DNA of 64,000 bases from Stegostoma tigrinum (Eukaryota): NCBI RefSeq assembly GCF_030684315.1, contig NC_081369.1, forward strand, positions 9,152,035 through 9,216,034, given 5' to 3'. This document shows positions 49,787 through 63,020 of the stretch, piece after piece. The stretch's first letter is position 1; each line of letters starts with the position of its first letter. Below the pieces are notes generated by a model. That model did no database searches. It saw only the letters and a list, made by a program, of their open reading frames with translations, and was not told where the DNA came from. A program made the translations under genes and the position numbers.

Positions 49787-52700
49787 TTTCCAATGGGTTT
49801 TCCGATGCGTGATTCTCAGGGATTTTATTTCACCAGTAACTACCTCTTTGATCATCACCAGGGCTATCTCAATTTATTGTACATTTATTTAACTAAATAT
49901 AATGTCACAATGTAACTTCGTTTCCCCCTCTTCGATTTGCATGTTACGTCCAGTACAATTAAATTCTCTACGACTCTGTTTTCTGGCAGTCGAAGAATAC
50001 GTTTATTTTTCAGAGTTGCTCAAAAGCCTAAAGAAGCTTTGTATCGTGAAAGAAGAATATCTCTTTCATCTGCTTCTTTGCATCTGGGATGAATTCCTCG
50101 ATAAAAGTGCATTGGTGGAAACAGGTGAGAATTAATTCCTACTGCCTGGCACGGATAGCAGAAAGCAATTTGATGTCAGTCATAAAGGGAGCACTTTGCT
50201 GTGCTTGGTTCAGGTGAATGTTAAGGACTGTCACTTCACTACAGCACGGTATTCGGACAAGGATCGGATCACACTGTCATGCGTATGCTAAGTCATCAAA
50301 AAACTCCTGAAAGTGGAGCAGTTAAAAATATCCAACTTTTAGCAATTGAGACGCTTGGCATGAGGCGAGTGCTGCCCTGCTCATGGCGAAGGTGTAAATA
50401 TTTCGTGAGCTTAAGGTATTTGTTGTTTTGTTGTTTAAGGTGTTGCGTTGTTTTGTCGTTCGAATGCTGGAGAATTTCAGCAGATCTGGCCGCATATGGT
50501 GAGAGAAATAAGCTTATCTGTGCTTATTTCAGATTTCCAGCACGCACAGTACTTTGCGTTCCCTGTGTGATTGATACATTGCACCTCTTCAGTTAGTTTA
50601 AGCATGATTACCAGCACATTTTCGCTCAGGCCGTAAAGAGTGCATCCATTGAAACTCCTACAGTTAATCAGTGGATTTGGTTACAATAATGTATTTTAGG
50701 GAGAGCACCCTCAGTTCGATTCAGGAGACATCTCGACATTTCAAAGATTCTCTCGTACATTTATACCACTCTTGGGACATTTCAACATGTTCATCCGCTC
50801 TCATTTTATGCTTTCATCTCTACATGTACATGGCCACATAAAAAATAAAGCAACGTAGCACTTGTTCCACTTTCATTTTTTCTCCTACTCAAAGCTAGAA
50901 CACAGCACATCCTCCTTTATCATCATCGTGTCAAAATTCCATGTAAGTATTTGTTGTTTTATTTAAAAATAATCTAATTCATCAAAAATATCGCTGCGTG
51001 AAGCAACCTCAAGTTCCTCGTTCCAACTTTAAGCAGTAAATAAGTGATATATTAACTTTCCTATTCAGCTTCCATTTTGATGCTTTCCGGTTTGCTTCTA
51101 GGAGCTGGAAAAGGCCATTCAGCCTATCAAGCCTGCCATCCCGTTGATTACAGGCATGGTTAATTGATCGTTCCAAAGCCTTCTATCTACCCTAACTGCA
51201 TAACACTGTACATTATGGGCAGTCAGAAACGCATCAGGCTCGACGTTAAATGTTCTCAATGACTGAGTTTCCGCAGTCCTGTCTGATAGAGAATTCTACA
51301 GATAAACAACTTCTGGGATTTATTAACAAAAGCAGCTGGGTTCCTTTAAACATCTACACATTTCAACCCGCTCACCATTTACGAAATAGTTTGCACGTTT
51401 GTTTTTCCTGACAAAGTGGATAACCTGATTTTTTTTCCACGTTTTATTCCATCTGGAAAGTCTTACCCGATCACAGTGTGTACTAATCTACGTGATAATG
51501 TTTCAGCTCTACCACTCCTCCTCTTACATGCATTTTTGCTTAGCTTTGCATCATCTACGATTTCGAACATATCATATTTGCTGCACACAGCCAAACCATG
51601 GATTCATATATTTTGAACATCCGGCCCCAAGCGCCCATCCATCAGCCTGGCAACGCAAAAACGATCCACTTAACCACTGACTGGCTGAAAAGCAGAAAAG
51701 CCTATCTGTGAGCATCTGCTGCATGTAACTGGCAGCCCCTTTCAACCACCTTGTTAAAATTGCCACAAGTGGCCATCTTGACAACTTTAGTCATGGCGCG
51801 CTACAGCAGCTCCTCTTCCTCCAGTTTTCCAATAGCAGGAGCTCATGGTGTTGATTATTCGGCCCACTTGCCTTTTGTTTGAAACCCCCTCATCTATAGT
51901 CATTAACCTCTTTAGTGCAGTGCTATATCTCATTGCAATTGGTCTTTGCAATACCTATTCTACACCATTCTGGTACTTTAAGTTACATTTCTCTAAAATA
52001 TTGTTTTCCTTTCAGACTTCCACCGCCGTAGTTTTCTTGTTATTTCACAGTTTAAGCTCCCTCAAAATGTTGATAAGGAATCATCATGCCTCTCTAGATT
52101 GGTTGTTCCAGTGCAATTTCAATTGTTTCTCTCTGCATAATCATAGGTGGCTTCAACTTTATTCTGCATTGCCCCAACTACAATAAACCCATGTCAGCTG
52201 AATCCTCTGTATGCACGCTGAATTCGTCTTTTGTTTGACTTTAAATCCACATGCCATTGAGCAGCTCTGCAGCAACTGTATACAGTCTGGGGTGGAATTA
52301 GGGGAATATGTCTTCTTAAAGGGTCTGGAAATGTTTGCCCCAATTTGCCTTTCGAAGTCATGATGGTTAAGCCCATGACTATCTGCCAGTACATTAACAT
52401 TATTCCAGAAATCCATGTTTTAATAGTTAAGCATTGAACTGGCGAGCATTCCCTCAGCATATGCTTTTCCATCAGCGTGAAGGAGATGGATTCCACGGTT
52501 GACTGGCGTTAGTTACCATGTTCATATGTCTTTCCCTCTTGCAGCGTGGGCGCGCATCTGTTGATGCGTTTGCTTCAACAACAAGCGAGGTTAAATGATC
52601 TTCCACGTCGTTGTCTGATGCTTCCACTCAATCGTCACACCACATGTCCGCCTCTGTTGTCTATTTTTCTAACTTCTCGGGACGCAGACTGTCTTTTACC

Positions 52701-53289
52701 GAACAGGAGGGCGTGTAGCTTTCTTGTAGTCGATGTAGTACTCATTTTATTTTTCTCTCATCGAGATTTGATTTTTTTTAGTTGATTACTGTATTCTGAG
52801 CAGCTAGTAATACTTTAAATATTCATATCATGCACTTTTGTTTCTTTTCGCCATTTTGAGTTTCTCACCAGGTATTCAGTTGAGCTGGAAATTTTGTGGG
52901 CCCTACCCTTCCTTTTTTCCAGCGATCTATTAGCTTTGTTTTATATTCATCCATTATGAATCTGTTCCATGATCCCTAAGTAACCACGCACTATCAAGTG
53001 GGCTGGATGGACATCGTTAGTTGCCACTGGCTTGTATTCTGGAACCTTCTGTCTATTAGTCTCTCCATATGACTTGATTTGACCTATCTCGCAGAGAAGT
53101 TCTGCCCAACTTTGCCAACTGCTGGTTGCCAACTGCACAGCTTCAGCATTCTCAGCTTCAGCTAACTCACAGGTTAAGGACTTTCTCAATTTGGATCACA
53201 TAATTACTGACTTACACCTTTACTATGGGTGGATAAATAACCTGTCTAGCATCTCCGTTGGTCAGTCCTCAGATGCCACAGGGACCTTG

Positions 53290-54660
53290 CTTGCAATGAC
53301 AATTGTTGGGAATCTCAAGATACTCTGCAGAAGTCACCTGTAAATAGAAGCAAGAATTGCATACCCTAAATTGTGAAGCATTGTGGAGCATGCTTCTCTA
53401 CTTTGGATGCACCGTGAAGTTTCTCAAGATCATTTGTCTGCTCTACGATTGCATGAAAGTCGCAGTAATTACCAATAGCTCCACTACCAACCCATTACCT
53501 GCTCAGACCAGTATCAAGCAGGGCTGCATCATTGCCCCAAAACTATTTTTGCTCTACCTCACCGCAATACTTCACCTCACCACCAACAAGCTCCCTGTTA
53601 GAGTAGAGATAACTTACAGAATCTTGCATAAATTATTCAACCCATACTGCCTTCAACCCAAAACCAAATCTACCCTAAACAGCATCATTAAGCTGCAGTT
53701 GACAGATGATACTTGTGTATGCGCAATTTCTAAGAACATAGTCAGCTCCTTTACAGGGGCATATGAGAGCATGTGTTTCACTTTGAGAATCCCCAATATT
53801 AAGGTCATTCATCAATCTGGAATGGCGTTATGGAGAAAAAGCCCGATCATCAAGATTCATGGGAAGGAGCCTTAGAAAATATTGATGACTTCTAGTACCT
53901 CAGAAACGTCCTGTCTGCCAAAGCAGCTAATGATAAAGAGATCTAACATTGCCTCCAGAGTGTGAGTGCAGCCTACAGCCACCTGAGGAAAATGCTGTTT
54001 GAGAACAACAACATCAGATGCAACACCAAAATCAGTGTTTCCTGCCCACCTATATGGTTCTGAGACATGGACAGATGACAGCAGACACCTCATGGCACTG
54101 GAACAGTACCAGCAATGCTACCTGCATAAGAACCTGTGAATGTCCTGGAAAGAGAGAATTATCAATGTCATCATCCTCGACCAGGCCAACATCCCCAGCT
54201 TCGAGGCACTGACCACACTTGGGCTGCAATGGGCTGGGCACGCCATCCACATGATTAACAAAAGACTCCCCAAGATGGTGCTGTAATCTCAGTTTCAAAT
54301 TTCAGACTAGTTGACTGAGGAAGCAATTCAGTGATGCCATCAAGACCTCACCAAGGAAGTGGAGCATTCCAATAGAGATACCTGGGAATCACTTGCCCAA
54401 GATGACCCAAAGTGAAGGTGCAGGATCCAGTAAAGTTTGATCACCTGGAGACTTGCCATTGGGAACAAATTGAAGCCAGGTGAAATCAGTGAAATGAGTG
54501 TATTGTGACATTAACACCTCACCCACACCATTTAGTGACCACCACCTGAACAATGTAACAGAGCCTGTAGAAGCCATATTGGTCTGTACAGCCACTTTGT
54601 ATGCACCCTCAAAGTGGAAGAGAATCATCGTCCTTGGTGAGGGACTGGTGATGATGATGA
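53290..54660 (+). mobile_element. RTE-clade LINE RT fragment
   Basis: EALWSMLLYFGC..IKQGCIIAPKLF..LFN..LQPKTK..LQLTDD; LYGSETW; LQWAGH. Confidence 0.85.
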
Positions 54661-55239
54661 TGAGTTCAAGAAAATGGCATCAGAACACACTGATGTGTGT
54701 TTGGTAAGTGAAAAAAATATTGGCAAGTGGAACAGTCTTTAAAATATCTAACTTAATTAGCATTGTTTGGCAATTCAAGTGCTGGAGAAACTCAGCAGGC
54801 CTGGTTGCATGTGGAGAGAGAAACAGAGTTAATGGAGCACTGATGAGGAGTCATACCAGAGTCGACACTGTTCCTCTCCACACATGCTGCCAGGCCTGCT
54901 GAGTTCCTCCAGCATTCTGTGTGCTTGTTTCAGATTCCCAGCATCTGCAGTACATTGCTTTTCTTTTGTGATTGTGGTATCATATCTTTTTAGTCAGTAT
55001 AATATGATTATCAGCACACATTGAGATGAATTGTCCTTACATCTTCCTTGGTGTAGTAGTGGACAACCAACACTGTACTCAGAGCATTAAAAAAACACAG
55101 AAATTTTAATCGGATTGATTACAACTGCAAATTTTATGTACTCATCCTGTACATTATGTATTATGTGTCTGATGGAGGAAGTTCTGGACAAATTAGAAAC
55201 TTATGCTGAGTGAAAATCGTATACAATAACACACTTCTC

Positions 55240-55560
55240 CCAACTTTTCGTCCATTGTGATGCTGTGCCTAATGCAATCACTATCACAATATAAAACAAA
55301 CAAATGCAGTTGCTGGAACTCTGAAGTAAAGATAGTGGAATCAAGGGTTATGGGGATAAGGCAGGAACAGGATACTGATTGTGGATGATCAGCCATGATC
55401 ATAATGGTGGTGCTGGCTTGAAGGGCCGAATGGCTTACTTCAGCACCTATTGTCTATTGTCTGACATCTTCCTAACGTCCACTCTGTCCACTCATATCTT
55501 ACTGCAGACTCCAGCTGCTTTCACACATGCAGACCCTGAGATAGAAGCTACAGTGCAATC
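55240..55560 (+). pseudogene. Probable degraded C1 exon of paralog C, split by a CR1 3'-end fragment (about 55335-55460)
   Basis: THILLQTPAAFTH matches SHASLKTPATVVH of gene B (H-x2-L-x-TPA-x3-H). SSIVMLC weakly resembles ASLTLLC. It lies between the V and TM exons as expected. Confidence 0.45.
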
Positions 55561-58500
55561 AGAAGAGCCAGCTCCTGTTTAATTTATACAGAAGTACAGC
55601 GTAAACTCTGTGCCTGTTACTGTTCAGGGAAATTGTTCATGGAAATCCTTTCTGAAACATCAAGACACATTAAAATTGAACCCAATTTCTTCTTACTACT
55701 TTCCATCACCAAAGGCTTGTCATTCTCTGCAAACATTCTTTCCCTTGCAACAAGTCAGTTTTACACAAGTTATTAACAGTAAAACGTTACATTTTCTACC
55801 TAAACATATTTCTTCACATGCTGATAATTCATATTTTTCTGTTTTGTTTTCGTTACCACTGCCTGCCATCTGTGCACTGGAGCTGTAACAATGAACAGAT
55901 TTCCCAATGTTTGCAATTGGGTATCTCCCAGCGTAGATTCCAATCTCAAACCCGAAATAACACGCAAGCAGCAAAGGGATGCTTCGGAACATAATGCCTC
56001 TCGTTTTCAGAAAATTATATGAATGCATTTATTTTAAAAAGGAAGCGAAAAAATAGATTGAGTCATCTTCTTAGAACGAATCTGCACCTTTCCCGTCCAT
56101 TGTTCAGCAGTACTTTTATGAGATTCTTAACTAGCAGCCCCATTTTACAGATCCTGAATGTATAGTCTCTATTCTGAGGGCATTACTTTAAATATTACCT
56201 CCAGTACGTTTTTTTCTGTCAGGTCATATTACAATTTGAACAGATTTGCTGAAGGGCTCAATTCAGCTAATAAAAGTGCAGCCTTTTTCATCCAACATCC
56301 ATTGTAATGTAACCATCCGTTTGAAAATGAAGCTAGTGTCAGAATACCATTTCACTTCGGAATTATTGGGAATCTGTTCGCTGGACTAATGTTCCTGGCA
56401 CCCATGATCATTGCTCGAACGTGGCATCAACGGAAGATGAACAATATTAAGTTCTACTGTACACCCACTAATTAAATGCAAACTGCAGTGTTAGTGATAA
56501 CTTCTTACTTGAACTTGGGATGAGATCTCGATTGAAACAACACTAATAACTGTGTTATCTGTCATCACAGAACGTTAGTTATTTTGAAATACAGTTTATG
56601 AACGTGCCATGATTATCGGAAGTTTAAAAAATCATCACAATAATATCGATAATTGCTTGTTTGATAGAGATGTCCTTTTTGAAACATGTTAAATGGAACG
56701 TTCACTTTTGTACAATTATTTGCGAACTCGTTGTGTTGCTGTTCAACCACGAAGGTGAAGAAGGTCGAGTGTCTGACAGACATAGACTGAAAAAGCAAAC
56801 AATAGCAGGAAACAATGCAACATCTCGACATTATTCATCTGACAATACCAACAAGACTCTTTTTCTCGACCAACTCCACTCCTCCAAATATCTCTGAATA
56901 AAATGACAGTGTATTCATTCGCCTGTTCTGAGATTTGCCAGCAAGTTCTTTATTTCTATTTGCCTGTGAGAAATTGGCGATGAACTGACTGAGCAAGATG
57001 GGGTATACACTGATAGATTTTTTTTATGCTGGCCGAGGGGACTTAAAATTGAAAAACTGCGCCTCGGTATAAGCAGTGTCTCAGTTGATCATCTACAATA
57101 AGTTCACGAGAAACTTAATTGGTTTGCGTATCTGTGAAATTACCTGTCCAAGGCAGTGTGCTTATTCTGTTAATATATATATTGAACACTATGATAGACA
57201 AGTTCTGATCGCTCATGAGTTAAGGCATCTGTACCTTGTGGCGGAAAATGCTGCTGAGGTGAAAATCAGACAGGCTTGTAAGGAGTGGCAGAGCTGTCTT
57301 CAGGGACTTATTATCCGACCCATGTCTAACCACTGACATTGCCGTGATTGCTCAGTACAAAATAATTTCACAATACAATTAAGAGACATCCCGATGAATC
57401 TTTCACTGGAATTGTATAGCGATCAAGCAGGATAAGTACGCCATAAATTCATACAATGAAGACATTCAGCAATGAGATAGTTTCACTTAGTATGCAAAAA
57501 ATGACTGGTATTTCAAGTAAAATGGAAAGAAAACATGACGTCTAGTTCCTATAACATGTGGCTTTTCAAACTCCTTTTTGCAATCTAAAATTGTTTATCA
57601 TTTTAGTCTTTGCTTTCACGTTTCATGTGTACTTGCAATCGGAAATACGATAACTAAGTAAATATTTCAAGTATTATTACATTTTATTTATGGTAGGCAA
57701 AGAGAAATATACTAATGGACCAAGATGCAAACAAGAGCAGGTAGGTGTTGAAATGGCAAAGAATTTTGCTGTAGTATAAACAGTATAACATAATCATTTC
57801 AGAACAGTCCAATCTATGATCTGAAGTACTGGTTGGTTATCAGTAATTCTTTCAACCAATGGCGAGAAATGTACCTGATAACTGATAGTGCAAGCAAAAT
57901 TTTTCATCATTCAAGGAAAATTGCCAAGTTCCTAAAAAATGTGTCGACGTAATAAGTGATTATAGATACAACCATGTTTCAGATTTGAGCAAAATAATCT
58001 TAATGTTGTAAATTTGCTGCTCATTTCACTACTACTATCATGTGGAGTGAACATTGGTAGAATTATATCATATCTATAGTGATAACTGTGCTCCTTTGCT
58101 TGCAATTTTGCTCACATACATGGATTATTGTTTGTGCCCCTCATCTCAAACCATTGTCAACTGTTGTTAACTAGTATGCAAATTGTTGAAAACCAACATT
58201 TGTATAACCAAAGATTTGCATTCTGACACATGCAGTGAGCAGTGACATATGCATTCATGAGTTGTACTGCATTGGATTTGAGCAGAGACAGGAAATGATC
58301 ACGACACAAATGTGAAATAGAAAAGTACGAGTGCCAAAGTCGCCTTATGGGCTTAGATTACCAATGTACCGTTAACATTCATACAATGATGAAGGAAACA
58401 GATTCTTTTGAACTTTGACTTTAACGTTTCATACACCTTTTGGTAACTACTTCCAAACACAGCCTGTAAATCGGAAAATGATAAATTAGTGATACTATCG

Positions 58501-61229
58501 AACATTGAATTTGCAGCCTGAACGAGTAACTATCAGTGGCAAGATAATATACAGACAGAAAACGAAAATATACAAAAAAGAAAAGAAACAGTAACGAAAT
58601 ATGTCCCATTGCAGATAAATAAAAGCAAAGTGAAATACAGACATGGTCGGTAGAGAAGTGACATGAATTAGTAACAAACAATGAAATCCTAAAGTCATTC
58701 TTTTGTTGTCGAGATTTTCTAATCAACAAGATCAAAAATATATTGAATAACTATTAGAGAAGAGGGACCAAACTACAACCTCCTAGGCCAGCAGTAGGAG
58801 CAGTGCCATTTCTCCATAATAGATTTTGCCTTTATTTCTTTATTTTGCCAATTCAGGCGTGTGAATACTGCGTGATAACATGCATTGAGATAGATCACTT
58901 TACAGTGATATCATTACACAGAATGCTATCTGCAGTAAGAAATGAATGTATTCAAGTTTTTCAAAAAAATCTCAGCAGTTTTTTTAATGGAAAAAAGGGA
59001 CTTTCTCACAAAATACACTGCTATTATTTATATGCCTATAGTCAGTCAGTATATTTCTTTGATTGTTGCAATGTAATGCTATGGCATTACCTGTGTTGGG
59101 TATAGTTCTGAATCCAACAAACACAGAAGCCATACTATCTATTATAAATCAGCATTTCTTGTAGGTTTTTCTTGGTGAGTGATATTTCCAGGTCAGTGGT
59201 TTCAGTTCTGTGGTGTTTTGCAGTCTGCTGACTGCCAGTTTTGTTTATGTTACTGATATGAAATTGTTGAAGGTTTAGTCTGTGGAATAATCCATGAATC
59301 TCCTGAAATTAGATTCCAGTTTCTTTTTTGCTAATGTTAAAGAACCACCTAGCTCACATCTATCCATGTGGGACCTGACATTTTTAAAGAATCATTCAAA
59401 TCATCTCAAAAATGTTTTTTCCTCAAACAGTGCATTTTTCTAATATTGATTCTATAACTACTTTTTTCCGATATTCTGCTTCCAACAGCGATCACATTTT
59501 GGAGTTCCTTTGCCCTTTGGACATAGAATTAATTGAATCTACCTATGTGTCTTTTTTAAATGTTGCTAATTCAAAGTTACTATGAAAGAAAACAAAACTT
59601 TTTTTTAATCGAGGAGGTTGTGAAAAGTTTGGGCGAAGGTCTCTGCAAATGGTACTGTGTTTTATTTTGCCACAATAGATTTTCCAATAGCAATCTATTG
59701 TTTCAATATTGAAACAAAGTGATATGAATCATTTTGACGGTACATTAACCAAAGAGCAGGTCTGCCTTAAAAGACGCAGAATATATTGGTCGATGTGTGT
59801 GCGAACTATTAGTTCTGCAGAAGATACACAATTTTAACTTGACTGATCATCCACATAACTAATATCAAAATGGTTAGTTGCTAATCCAGCTAATCAAAAG
59901 ATTTGGTTCAATCATTCAGATCGAAACACCAACACGTTTAATTCTAAGTTTAATTTTGTTTATTGAAGACTGCTGAATATGTGTCTAGTGATGAGTAGTA
60001 ATAGTTTTGTTTTGTGCATGTTTTGGTGTTATTATAACACAGTAACTGTGTTATCATGTCCAACAGATATTCCATTTCATGATTTTCTGTCTAATTTTTT
60101 GAAATGTTTTCTTAATATTGCTGAGAATGCGTGAGTGCCTCACCAAATATGTTATCAATTTCCATTTTTAGTCAAAGTATCTTCTTGTTGAAAATGTTTT
60201 GACTGCAAGTGGAGGGGTGAACTGTTTTCTTATGCAGATTACAATCTTGTGCTGTCCGTAGATATTTCAAATTTAGCCATGTTTGGACTTGGTAAATTAT
60301 ATATTTTGCAGATTCTATAATGTTCAATGTTGAGAACAAGCCAGCATAGTTCCTCTACTCAACAACAAATTGATATTTTATGGCCAAGACAAATTACTGT
60401 CACGAAGAAGGGAACTTGTTGACAAATATCTTTTGCAAGCAACATACGTACCTGAAATAAATTCATTACAGAAAGACTACACTCATTTATGAAGAAACAG
60501 TAGCGATGAAAAATCATCAGTCTATTACCTTTAACACACTTTGCCCAATTGACAGTTAATGAAAATAAAAAGTGCTGAATAACGACTTATCCCACTTGAT
60601 GTTCTGATTCAGGAATTACTCTACACGCACAGAAACTGCTCGACCTGACTATCTACCTTAAACCATGGCAGTTTGCTGATTCCTCTTTATGATACTAATG
60701 ACAGGGATTTTAAGAACCATTTAGAAGTGGTAATGGTGATATTTTTATGGGTCACCAACTCACAAACATTATTGGGAACAGTTGCAAAGTAAGAGTGGTG
60801 GAAGAATTGGCTGTTGTATTGCAAGTTTTAAGAGGCTTACAGTCAAATTCTAATATTATAATATTAATTTGAAAGTTTTACTAACACAGAATGCGGAGTC
60901 AGTCTCGTGCAGTAACTCAGTAACTTTATCAATGATATAAATATTACCTATTAAAACTGGGCGGTGTCTTTTGTGAATGTAGTTGGGCTCTTCATTCCTG
61001 GTCCTGCTTATGGAACAGGTTGACACTTGGTTTCTCAGTCTCCCACTAATGCCTCAACGACATTTCATGTCTGCCTAGAAGCAGGCTAACTTCACACTCT
61101 CTCATACACACCTTGTCCTCAAAAGATGTAATTTAGTAATTGTGTCCAAGCCAAAACCAACAACATGGGCAATTCCATCATTACATTTGGATTGGCCTCG
61201 GCTCAGCAAGAATTATTAATACAAACTGA

Positions 61230-61750
61230 AAGAACTGCTAATGCTGTAAATCAGGAACAAAAACAAAGCTGGTGGGAAAGCTCTGCAGGTCTGGCAGCAT
61301 CTGTTAAGGAAAAAAAAGAGTTAACGTCTTGGGTCTGGTGACCCTTCCTCAGAACTGAGAATATAGGAGAATGAGAGCTTACCTTCTTGCGGTGTATAAA
61401 ATAATGAGGGGCAAAGATAGGGTGAATACATATCGTTTTTTCCCCAGGGATGGGGAATTGAAAACTTGAGGTCGTAGGTTTAAGGTGAGAGGAGACAAAT
61501 TTAAGAAAGGCCTGAGGGGTAACTTCTTCACACAGAGAATGGTGTATACATGGAACGGGCTGCAGAAGAAAGTGATTGAGGCAAGTACAATTGCAACATG
61601 TAAAAAACATTTGGATAGATACATGGATGAGAAGGGTTTAGAGGAATATGGACCAAATGTGGGCAATTGGAACTAACTGAATGGGCGCCATGGTCAGCAT
61701 TGACCAGTTTGTACCGAAGGACCTGTTTCCATTCTGAATTACTGTGCGAC
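61230..61750 (+). mobile_element. Penelope-derived fragment (61230-61355) followed by a CR1 3' end
   Basis: Degenerate hammerhead at about 61320-61355 (-); RGDKFKKGLRGNFFTQRMV..WNGL. Confidence 0.8.
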
Positions 61751-62339
61751 TCCATGATTACATAGTACTGGGTTATTGAACAGCAACTTTCAAAGGAATG
61801 GAGTATAAAGCATACAGAGGTCTTGCTAAGACTATAAAAATCTTCAGTAGACCACAGTTGGGACACTGTGACCAATTTGGAGGAGCTGTTTTATAAATAG
61901 AGATTGAGGAAGTTCATTGGAAGTTAGACGAACGACAAGCCAACTTATGAAAACATTAAAAAAAAGTTTCTTTGAGAACTTGGCAGTGTAATGCGGAGAT
62001 GTTGTTTCACTTCACAGGAGAGTTAGGGCCAGACAGCATAATCTCAGAATAATGGGATGTTCATTTAAATTAGGGATTTAGATGAATTTTTTCTACCAGA
62101 GGGCAGCGAATCTTTGGAATTCTGTATCACAGACGATTGCTGGGGCAATGTCAAGGCTAACACAGGCAGATGATTAATCAGTAAGTGATATTGATTTTGA
62201 ATTTATCTTCACGTGAATAAATGCAGTGAAAGGCTTTGTTTATGAGTGGTGCAGACAGATCACAGCAAGCAAAAGATTACAGATCAAAAAGATGAGAGGC
62301 ATACAAATTACATTGCAGGTTACAATGTATTATTATTAT

Positions 62340-63020
62340 TATTTGAGGTTAGAGTCCATTCAACAGTCTGATAGCAGCTGGAAAGAAGCTGTTCCTGAAC
62401 TTGCTCATGCGTGTGTTCAGGCTTCGGTATCTTCTGCCCCTATGGAACAAGTTGTAGGAAGCTGTGATTAGTCTTTGATGATGTTGGCCACCTTTCTGTC
62501 CACGGACGGAAGGTTGGCTTCCGTGATGGTTTGGGTTGTGCACACCACTTTCTGTAGTTTCTTATGGTCCTAGGCAGAGCAGTTGCCATACCAGGCTGTT
62601 AGGCACCGAGAAAGTATGCTTTCAAAGATACATCTGTAGACGTTGGGAAGGGACCATATGGACAAGCAAAATTTCCTGAGCCACCTGGAGAAGAAGATGC
62701 GTTGTTGTACATTCTTGTCTGTCGCATTTATGTGGGAAACCCAGGACAGTTCGTTGGGTTATCGTCCTCTGAGGAACTTGATGCTATTCACTCCTTCAAA
62801 CTCAGTTCCGTTGATGTGGATGGAGGCGCCTTCTTCTCCTTTCTTTCCGAAATCAATGAGCTGTTCTTTAGTTTTCCTGACGGTGAGAGACAGATTGTCC
62901 TCATTGCTCCACATCACCAAGCCCTCTATTTCCAGGATGTATTTTGACTCATCATTGTTGGATATCCATCCCACTACGGTGGAGTTGGCAGCAAACTTGT
63001 TGATGGCGTTTGTGGACCAA
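62340..63020 (-). mobile_element. Rex1/Babar-type LINE 3' fragment
   Basis: NKFAANSTVVGWISNNDESKY..NLSLTVRKTKEQLIDF; GRRYRSL..FRNSFFPAAIRLLN; (TAA)n tail. Confidence 0.8.

Larger units (their letters stand above)
49793..58653 (+). pseudogene. Paralog C, near-complete pseudogene of the same family
   Basis: Leader remnant 49793-49835. V exon 49990-50287 (FRVAQKPKE..ISFICFF..KVHWWKQ, frameshifts, donor mutated to ctaagt). Probable C1 remnant about 55240-55560. TM exon 56333-56446 (donor mutated to ttaag). Exon 5 57697-57740 intact. Exon 6 from 58517, with a frameshift before TKYVPL. Confidence 0.8.

Noticed and set aside
52980-53100. TGLYSGTFCLLV peptide resembling a C1 E strand
   Set aside because: No flanking Cys/Trp pattern; a better C1 remnant lies at about 55240-55560.
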